Assembly: GCA_964580855.1 (NCBI GenBank)
Contig: CAZOLF010000001.1
Location: forward strand, 1-52,676
Source of the DNA: an uncultured Candidatus Saccharibacteria bacterium
GTDB taxonomy: Bacteria; Patescibacteriota; Minisyncoccia; Phycocordibacterales; UBA9973
Reading direction: 5' to 3'
Length of the DNA: 52,676 bases
Under the pieces are notes generated by a model. The model did not search any database. It saw nothing but the letters and a program-made list of their open reading frames with translations, and was not told the DNA's origin. Positions within the stretch are counted from its first letter, which is position 1. Each line of letters starts with the position of its first letter. Both the position numbers and the translations under genes were made by a program. Shown here piece by piece: positions 44,701 to 50,760 of the stretch.

Positions 44701-45658
44701 AATAGAAAAACAAAACAAAGCACGCTACACAAGTAGTATCAACACAAATGAAAGGTTAACAAGCCAATGTTATGACGAAGTCACTGATCCAAAAAACCAG
44801 CCGTCAGCATCCAAATCAGGAGGGAAAAAATTTATGCTTGAAAGAGTTCTTGGGTCACCATTTGACGCACAAATGGCTCCAAAATTAACATTGCCTGAGT
44901 CAAAATCATTCTTGCCAAGTTATCAAGGCTCCCCATATGAAAAAACAATATCTGAACCATCAGACGATTTAAAAAATGTTTTCTTCCTTAATATGGCCCC
45001 AGATGCTTATGGCACAAACAAATACGGTGATAGTGACTACGACATCAGAATGAATGGAGCTTTGTTTGCAACAGATGTAAATACTGCTGTCTATCCTATC
45101 GCAATGCGTATTATGCAAGGACTTCACGATGCAGGAATACTCGAATACTATTTCCCTGATGATGCTGCAAACAAAGACCTTGAAACAGTGAAGAAGATAC
45201 TCGCAGACGAAATTGATCAATATATTGCTCACGTTCAACTAACAAGATCATCTTTTAGTAAGGATATGACTGGATTTTCAAACTGGGGAAGCCTCAACAA
45301 TAGTAAATACCCAACCAGTTCAAAGATAGGAACAATCATCGATGAATACTTACACTCAGATGATAAATTAGGCTCAAAACAAAGTGTGGCTACTCGAAAA
45401 GCCCTCAGTGTCCCTTGGATATTTGATGAGCAAGGTGACCCTAACGCAAAACCTTGGTCTCCACAGTATAGTTCGAATACCCCTTGGATTCCTCAGTTAA
45501 CAGGTATCACAAACACAAACACCCCTTGGAAGAGCTACCCTCCAGCGGAACCAGAATATAGATTTTTCTCAGCAGGAGCAATCTCAGAATACTTCCGATA
45601 TGACAGTAAAGTCATCAACCCATTTGAAGAATTCGAGAAATTGTTTAACGTCTGGTAA
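41726..45658 (+). CDS. Giant 1310-aa N-terminally anchored surface protein: Gly/Ser/Thr-rich tracts, GGxY solenoid-like repeats, five Cys-bracketed Asp-rich modules
   Basis: N-terminal TM AFIITFIVFLILLIVGYFVI. See the repeat features below. The antisense Pro-rich ORFs 41929..42474 and 42994..43449 are shadows of GGN codons. Confidence 0.85.
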   Translation: MENKPEQTNRFKALLKNKAFIITFIVFLILLIVGYFVIKKQLLTPSDSNTEVKKFTPLFGTSKEKNLTYQGFLDWVSNGGSDGGDDLRNTVRNILNGGSTGSDTGGDSSGATNGSGSGGSGSGGGSGNESLNVGILDANSINLSGSGVTAGADGSNSVTISGSGVTAGADGSNSVTITNADGSSSVTITGPGVTIDPTKANTVKITGPGITVTNNGTNGVTLTGNGINTGRLIGTGTGTGTGGSTSGNNTGTIGSGLGVNNWGPNSYTKTQFQCSDGIDNDKDNFIDDRDPGCHSDLNPNNRNSFTPNANNEYDVGSGGDPSSGLYTKTKNQCSDFLDNDKDGSIDIQDPGCHSDYNALNPKSFTPNLNIEDKDNGQAFLGCITSKGGYTISGTFAGGVGTGTYEGGTTLGGSYTNAQTAGGTYTKGTTIGGTYIPSTTTSVSGTWVGKPIAPPLAPGDSSGTWFGNWLNGIGNGTWATTMVGSGSVAQNNNGTWNGVGGGGSTTGGGTTGILTGGTTGTTTGTTTGGTTGGTGLLTGGTTGGGTTGVITTGGTGTTTGLTTGGTTGLVTGTGGTTGSGTGALSQGTWVGNDKVRTFVGTTGSGTWTTPPITTKDSYKGGITTGGIFTGDANTTYTSGKFTPNAKTYYTDGRYINDTMTGGTVVNATYISPTGKKYSGGTVTGGKYTGGVVLGGNYEGGTPVGGTYVGGNPSGGIYTGGIATGGTYLNNKFYTNGIVTGGIYSSGTITQGRYLGGTITKGTYTGPLPIGGTYSGGTYVGPGCIAPVKPQCVDGIDNDKDGLVDKDDASCHSDFDSANDFSYKEYIDSEDRIKDKPNPKPIITKTYQCGDGIDNDKDTFKDIDDAGCHTDLTLDPTTFDPKIGDESRDSTTDTSGLSYQCSDGVDNDKDKLVDEKDPGCHIDFDATNPSTYVTTIREEVRDYVDPEPKDTDPSDPSICEEKIVLNAEDRAKMDQLLREFYRLAPTLATTEDVAIEKQNKARYTSSINTNERLTSQCYDEVTDPKNQPSASKSGGKKFMLERVLGSPFDAQMAPKLTLPESKSFLPSYQGSPYEKTISEPSDDLKNVFFLNMAPDAYGTNKYGDSDYDIRMNGALFATDVNTAVYPIAMRIMQGLHDAGILEYYFPDDAANKDLETVKKILADEIDQYIAHVQLTRSSFSKDMTGFSNWGSLNNSKYPTSSKIGTIIDEYLHSDDKLGSKQSVATRKALSVPWIFDEQGDPNAKPWSPQYSSNTPWIPQLTGITNTNTPWKSYPPAEPEYRFFSAGAISEYFRYDSKVINPFEEFEKLFNVW
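42155..42256 (+). repeat. Near-perfect 51-bp tandem duplication (2 copies)
   Basis: agtgggtcgggggtaacagctggagcagatggctcaaatagtgtaacaat occurs at 42155 and again at 42206. Encodes SGSGVTAGADGSNSVTI twice. Confidence 0.9.
42542..42790 (+). repeat. Cys-bracketed Asp-rich modules 1-2 (24 aa each)
   Basis: QCSDGIDNDKDNFIDDRDPGCHSD (42542-42613) and QCSDFLDNDKDGSIDIQDPGCHSD (42719-42790). Confidence 0.85.
43216..43470 (+). repeat. Gly/Thr low-complexity tract
   Basis: GGGGSTTGGGTTGILTGGTTGTTTGTTTGGTTGGTGLLTGGTTGGGTTGVITTGGTGTTTGLTTGGTTGLVTGTGGTTGSGTG. Confidence 0.85.
44090..44488 (+). repeat. Cys-bracketed Asp-rich modules 3-5
   Basis: QCVDGIDNDKDGLVDKDDASCHSD (44090-44161), QCGDGIDNDKDTFKDIDDAGCHTD (44261-44332), QCSDGVDNDKDKLVDEKDPGCHID (44417-44488). 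Module 4 shares gatggaatcgacaacgacaaagata with module 1. Confidence 0.85.
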
Positions 45659-45660
45659 TA

Positions 45661-45699
45661 AAAACCATCCCCCACCAAATTGGTGGGGGATGGTTTTTA
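45661..45699 (+). terminator. Strong intrinsic terminator
   Basis: Perfect 17-bp stem: aaaaccatcccccacca (45661-45677) pairs with tggtgggggatggtttt (45681-45697). Confidence 0.85.
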
Positions 45700-45750
45700 A
45701 AATTTAAGTTGAAAACTATTGAATAAAGCATTTAAAAGATATAAAGTAAA

Positions 45751-45759
45751 TGCTATAAT
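45751..45759 (+). promoter_or_regulatory. Extended -10 element of leaderless type for the T4SS-like operon
   Basis: TGC-TATAAT lies 8 nt before the ATG at 45768. The -35 is weak. Confidence 0.45.
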
Positions 45760-45767
45760 ACAAAGGC

Positions 45768-48554
45768 ATGAAGAGACTAGGTTCGTACATTCTTATATTA
45801 CTTATATTAGTGAATATCTTCGCACCTTTTAGTGTATTTTTAGACGAGAATAAAAATATAAATATTGAAAAGACCATCGCGAATGCTGCAAGCCTTGCAG
45901 ACCCTAAAGATGAAGCAATGAGGCAAGTTGCAAAGAAAGAATGTCTTGAAACAGAACCTGACCCAAAAGGCCCACCTGTAGAATTTTGTCTGCAAGCAAG
46001 ATATGAAGCAAACGGGACCAAGGTTGTAATAAAAGCTTACACCATAGGGATTAACCGGGGAGGAAAAGATACTTACTTCGTAAAAATTGAGATCAAAGAT
46101 AGCCTTCAAAAGATAGTAAGAACTCTTGTTACTACTTTTGGATCAAGCGAAATAGATGAAAAAGATGTATCCTCCGATCAAGGCATCGAAGCTAATTACA
46201 AAAATGCTGACAAAACTATTCCGTGGGATGGACGAATGTTTACATCTGATGAGATTGAATTAAATGCAAATGAAAGCTACAGCTTCGATGTATATGTCCA
46301 AAAAAGTGACATGAACAGCACAACATGGACGAAAACTTTTCCATTAAAATTAACGATTGGGGGAAGTGGAACCAGCTCATCTGGAAGCACTGATGTCACA
46401 ACTTCTGCTCCTTCCGGCGAAGAAGATGTACTTCCAGATTGTGTATTCGCTCATCCTGTGGACGGAACGATTATGGGTTGTGTTGCTCAAGTAATATACT
46501 ATGCGGTCTTTGTGCCGACATCGTGGTTATTTGGAGCTTCTGGAATGTTCTTTGATTATATTTTTGCTTATTCAATCAATGACACTACATACAGATCCCA
46601 ATTCGTAACAGAAGGTTGGGGCATAGTTCGAGATTTGTGCAATATTTTCTTTATATTTATACTTTTATATGCAGCCTTCAAAATGATTCTTTCGATCGGA
46701 CATGACTCCAAAGGAATTATCATAAGTGTTATTATTATCGGCCTCTTGATCAATTTCAGTCTTTTTGCTGGACAAGTAATGATTGACGCTTCCAATATTT
46801 TAGCCAGATTATTTTACAACTCTGAGGCTCTCAAGGTTACGGTTACAGGGGACACAGGCAAGGTGATGAAGGGAGGTGCTGTTGTGTATGAAGAAGGGCG
46901 AGGAGGCCATATTCCAATATCCGCTGCAATTATAAACAAGGTAAACCCACAAAATATAATTATTGGGGCAAGAAAAATTTCGCAAGTCACTCTTGATGAT
47001 GGCCAAGTTGGAAGTGGATCTATAGATACAAGTGGAAAAACAAATATAAATACAGATCAAGCCAGCATGGGTGCTGGGTCATTCCTCCTTATTACTGTAC
47101 TTGCGACCATAATCAACGTTGTCGGTATTGTGGTATTCCTTTCTGTCGGGTTAATGTTCGTCGGAAGAATTATTGGTCTATGGTTTGCAATGATTGTCGC
47201 TCCGCTTGCATTCCTAAGCTATACAGTACCCAACATGCGTGATATGGAATTCGTCGGTTGGAAAAAGTGGTGGCCAGAAACTCTCAAGCTTGCATTCCTT
47301 GCTCCGATATTTATGTTCTTTATGTATTTGATGATAATGTTCCTTGAAAATGGTTTCAAGGTTATCGAAAAGGCGAGTGCTGGACCAAACTGGGCTCTCG
47401 AAACTATGATCCCATTTATCTTCATAATGGTATTCCTATTGATGGCAAAAAAGGTGGCCAAGGGATTATCCGGAACAATCGGGCAAACTATTACAAAAGG
47501 TGTAGCTACGACTGGAGCATTGGCGCTCGGAGGAGCGGCGATTGGTACTGGGTTACTATTACGCAAAGGAATTGGTCAAACTATGGCCAGAGCTTCTCGT
47601 GGAGAAACTTTAACGCAAAGATATGAAGCTGGAACAAGTAAGACACTCTTCGGGAAAGGGGTTGGTTGGGCTGGTTCTAAACTAGGCTTAGGTAAAGTAT
47701 TTGGTAATACTTATGATGTAAATACCAGAACAATAGATAGTGGACTAGGAGGTAAACTAAACAGAACACAGCATGCTGTTGAACATGCGGACCATGCAAA
47801 ACAGGAATTAAAGGAAACAAAAGAAAAAGCACACATTACAGTTGACGATCATATGCTTTCAGGAGAGGATGCACAAGCAATGCAGAGAGCCTATGGTAAA
47901 ACTAAAAAGAGTGAATTTGAGGCTGATATTCGAAAAGGTAATGTCAAAGGAATTGACCCTAAAACTGGTGAACGAACAAAAGATATAAGCGAAGACGGTT
48001 ACAAAGCTGCAAACAGAGCCCAAGCCAGTGTAGATGCTGAAGCAGAATACCGAACAGAAAATAAGATTCCTGCTGGCAAAAAACTAACTGCTGATCAGAA
48101 CAAACAAGTTGAAAAAGCAACGGAGAATAAATTAAGTAGTGATTATAATACAAAAGTTTTGAAAGTTGAGCTCGACAAGAAAATTGCTACGGACTTCAAA
48201 AATGTTCTTGACACGGCAAGAGCAGGAGCAAACGTATTTGATAGAGTTATTGCAGGTGCAAATAAATATAGCTTCGATGCAAGAAAACTATCGGAAGTAA
48301 AAGCAGACAAGCTCGCTCATCCTCTAGTGAAGATGGGTGCAGGCGCTATCGCAGGTATTGCTATGGGTGTTCGTATGGGAATGAATCATGGAATCGGAGC
48401 AGACCAAGGTAAAGCCACAGGTGATGCAATGAAAGATCTAGGTAATCTAATCAAAGATTCATTGAAAAATCTAAAAGTAGAAGTTAAGATCCCTGAAAGT
48501 AGCGGAGGCGGACATGATGACCACGGAGGTGGCGGGGGAGGTGGACATCACTAA
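45768..48554 (+). CDS. VirB6/TrbL-like polytopic membrane protein with large N-terminal ectodomain and charged C-terminal tail (928 aa)
   Basis: Signal/anchor, beta-rich domain of about 200 aa, about 7-8 TM segments (VIYYAVFVPTSWLFGASGMFFDYIF..., IFFIFILLYAAFKMIL..., IIGLWFAMIVAPLAFLSY...), Lys/Glu-rich tail ending SSGGGHDDHGGGGGGGHH. Topology and position next to PrgI/VirB4 suggest a VirB6 analogue. No sequence search was run. Confidence 0.55.
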   Translation: MKRLGSYILILLILVNIFAPFSVFLDENKNINIEKTIANAASLADPKDEAMRQVAKKECLETEPDPKGPPVEFCLQARYEANGTKVVIKAYTIGINRGGKDTYFVKIEIKDSLQKIVRTLVTTFGSSEIDEKDVSSDQGIEANYKNADKTIPWDGRMFTSDEIELNANESYSFDVYVQKSDMNSTTWTKTFPLKLTIGGSGTSSSGSTDVTTSAPSGEEDVLPDCVFAHPVDGTIMGCVAQVIYYAVFVPTSWLFGASGMFFDYIFAYSINDTTYRSQFVTEGWGIVRDLCNIFFIFILLYAAFKMILSIGHDSKGIIISVIIIGLLINFSLFAGQVMIDASNILARLFYNSEALKVTVTGDTGKVMKGGAVVYEEGRGGHIPISAAIINKVNPQNIIIGARKISQVTLDDGQVGSGSIDTSGKTNINTDQASMGAGSFLLITVLATIINVVGIVVFLSVGLMFVGRIIGLWFAMIVAPLAFLSYTVPNMRDMEFVGWKKWWPETLKLAFLAPIFMFFMYLMIMFLENGFKVIEKASAGPNWALETMIPFIFIMVFLLMAKKVAKGLSGTIGQTITKGVATTGALALGGAAIGTGLLLRKGIGQTMARASRGETLTQRYEAGTSKTLFGKGVGWAGSKLGLGKVFGNTYDVNTRTIDSGLGGKLNRTQHAVEHADHAKQELKETKEKAHITVDDHMLSGEDAQAMQRAYGKTKKSEFEADIRKGNVKGIDPKTGERTKDISEDGYKAANRAQASVDAEAEYRTENKIPAGKKLTADQNKQVEKATENKLSSDYNTKVLKVELDKKIATDFKNVLDTARAGANVFDRVIAGANKYSFDARKLSEVKADKLAHPLVKMGAGAIAGIAMGVRMGMNHGIGADQGKATGDAMKDLGNLIKDSLKNLKVEVKIPESSGGGHDDHGGGGGGGHH

Positions 48555-48571
48555 TAGATAATTAAAATAAT

Positions 48572-49639
48572 ATGGACCAAACACAATTACAACAAAAAAT
48601 AGCTGAATACTTTGCAAAATTGCCTCCAAATGCGCAAGCTATGTTTCAGAGCATGGGGTGGCTCGATGCTTTGGAAATTATTAGCCAAAAGTATTCTCTC
48701 ACTCAAACCCAAAAAGAATCGCTAGGCACAGAGACAACACTACTACTACTAGGAATAATTCACCCAGATGAATACACAAAGTTTCTAATAAATGGACTCT
48801 CTATACCAAAAGGAATAAGCGAGAAGATTATGATAGATGTAAACACAAATATATTGAATGAATTCAAAGATGAATTAGAAAATACTTATAACAAAAATGC
48901 TGAAGAATTAGCGGAAAAGGAATACGGTGGGAAGATCACGTTGGATGAAAGATTTAAAAGTCTTCCCGAGGAAGTTCAAGATGCAATCCTTAATTCCAAT
49001 TACCAAATCAAACTTGCCGAAATTGCAACACGAAATAACTTGAGTATAGCGCAGATGGCAATCCTGGAAAAAACTACCAACAAAGTCTTGTTGGCTATAA
49101 TTCACCCAAATGAATTCAACAAAGCTTTAAGCACAGAATTGAATTTACCTCAAGATAAAATCAATACGCTTATAGATAGTGTGAATGAAGAAGTAATCAA
49201 AAGTATCCGAGCAATCCTTTTGGGCCACGCAGAAGAAAAGAAGGATACTCTATCAGAGGAGCCTCCTGTCCCTCTTCCGCCACCTTCTAGTTTCAAACCA
49301 GCCCCAAAGGTAGAGCAAATCAACACTACCCCGACATCTCCACTAATCGGCAATTATCAGACTCCTATAGCAAATGATCCTCCAGTGCCTAAAGTAGCCA
49401 CAACTCCAGAAAAGGTTTTTGCAGAAAGTAATATTGAAATCCTACCTCAAAACCCAATGATGGGCGCAAATAGTATGATAGGCCAAAGACTTTCTACTCC
49501 TTTTGCCCAAGCTCCGACAATAAGCACAAATACCCCAGCCCAAAGTTCTTCGCCTACTGCAACATTAGAATTCAAAGAAGACCCGGCAAAGAAGACTCAA
49601 GACCCAAAAAGAGATCCTTATCACGAAGCAATAACTTAA
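48572..49639 (+). CDS. Hypothetical protein with an internally duplicated helical domain and a Pro-rich tail
   Basis: KLPPNAQAMFQSMGWLDALEIISQKYSLTQTQKESLGTETTLLLLGIIHPDEY... aligns with KSLPEEVQDAILNSNYQIKLAEIATRNNLSIAQMAILEKTTNKVLLAIIHPNEF.... C-terminus is EPPVPLPPPSSFKPAPK.... Confidence 0.7.
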   Translation: MDQTQLQQKIAEYFAKLPPNAQAMFQSMGWLDALEIISQKYSLTQTQKESLGTETTLLLLGIIHPDEYTKFLINGLSIPKGISEKIMIDVNTNILNEFKDELENTYNKNAEELAEKEYGGKITLDERFKSLPEEVQDAILNSNYQIKLAEIATRNNLSIAQMAILEKTTNKVLLAIIHPNEFNKALSTELNLPQDKINTLIDSVNEEVIKSIRAILLGHAEEKKDTLSEEPPVPLPPPSSFKPAPKVEQINTTPTSPLIGNYQTPIANDPPVPKVATTPEKVFAESNIEILPQNPMMGANSMIGQRLSTPFAQAPTISTNTPAQSSSPTATLEFKEDPAKKTQDPKRDPYHEAIT

Positions 49640-49642
49640 CAT

Positions 49643-50047
49643 ATGCAATTCAAAGTTCCACAATTTATAGATATTGAGGACAAATTATTTGGCCCTTTAA
49701 CCTTCAAACAATTTGCTTACCTTGCAGGAGGTGGCGGTATGATCTATGTATTGTATAAACTTTTACCTTTCTTTATTGCTATTATTCTGATTGTTCCAGT
49801 AGGATTATTTGCCCTTGCTCTAGCATTCTACAAAATAAATGAAAAGCCTTTTCTTTATTATCTCCAAGCAGGGATAACATACGCTACAAAAAGCAAATTA
49901 TATGTATGGAGACAAAAGTTTAAAAAGGTAGAAGCAAAAGATGAAGCAGAGGTTGAAAAAGTGTCCTATATCCCAAATGTTTCATCTAATAGAATCAGGG
50001 ATTTATCATGGAGTTTAGATGTTTTGGATAAAAACAAAGATAAATAG
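49643..50047 (+). CDS. PrgI-family (VirB3-like) small T4SS membrane protein
   Basis: MQFKVPQFIDIEDKLFGPLTFKQFAYLAGGG followed by two TM helices. This is the characteristic PrgI-family N-terminus and size (134 aa), and the gene lies just upstream of virB4. Confidence 0.7.
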   Translation: MQFKVPQFIDIEDKLFGPLTFKQFAYLAGGGGMIYVLYKLLPFFIAIILIVPVGLFALALAFYKINEKPFLYYLQAGITYATKSKLYVWRQKFKKVEAKDEAEVEKVSYIPNVSSNRIRDLSWSLDVLDKNKDK

Positions 50048-50103
50048 CTACGAGAAATAGAATAAACTTACCAATTTAGTGAAGAACCGTGTATAATTAA
50101 AAT

Positions 50104-50760
50104 ATGAAGCTTAATGCGCGTAGAACTCAAGAATTCGTACCGATAAAAGAAATACGAGATGGTATCATAATACTCAAAGACGGGGGACTCCGTTGTGTAC
50201 TTATTGCATCTTCTATCAACCTGTCGCTAAAAGCCGAGGAAGAGCAGAGGGCAATCATAAACCAATTTCAATCATTTTTAAATGGGCTCGATTTTACTAC
50301 TCAGATATCGGTACAATCAAGACGTTTAGACATAAGACCGTATTTATTAAGACTGGAGAATCGCATGCAGGAACAAGTTGAACCTTTGATCAAAACTCAA
50401 ACAAAAGAATATATCGAATTTATCCGAAGGTTTACCGAAGAGGTAAACATAATGACTAAGAGCTTTTTTGTTGTAGTCCCATATAGCGGAGATTCATCTT
50501 CGAATAAAAAAAGTGGAGTTGAAAAACTTCTTGACCTTGGAAGCAGAAGTGAGAAGATGAAAGGAAAGACCAAAAAGGAAGAAGACATGGTCAGCTTCGA
50601 GGAGAAACGCTCCCAACTTGACCAGCGCATCAATGTTATCGTCGAAGGATTGGCAGGGCTTGGAGTTCAGGTTTCGCAATTAAATACAGAAGAAATTATC
50701 GAGCTTTTTTATAAAACATTTAATCCTGGAGATATAAGTCAGGGGATAAAATTGTCATGA
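50104..50760 (+). CDS. VirB4 N-terminal-domain-like protein (CagE/TrbE/VirB-type), translationally coupled to the ATPase ORF
   Basis: TQEFVPIKEIRDGIIILKDGGLRCVLIASSINLSLKAEEEQRAIINQFQSFLNGLDFTTQISVQSRRLDI follows the pattern of the first ~70 aa of long VirB4/TrbE proteins. The stop overlaps the next start (ATGA at 50757-50760). Confidence 0.45.
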   Translation: MKLNARRTQEFVPIKEIRDGIIILKDGGLRCVLIASSINLSLKAEEEQRAIINQFQSFLNGLDFTTQISVQSRRLDIRPYLLRLENRMQEQVEPLIKTQTKEYIEFIRRFTEEVNIMTKSFFVVVPYSGDSSSNKKSGVEKLLDLGSRSEKMKGKTKKEEDMVSFEEKRSQLDQRINVIVEGLAGLGVQVSQLNTEEIIELFYKTFNPGDISQGIKLS

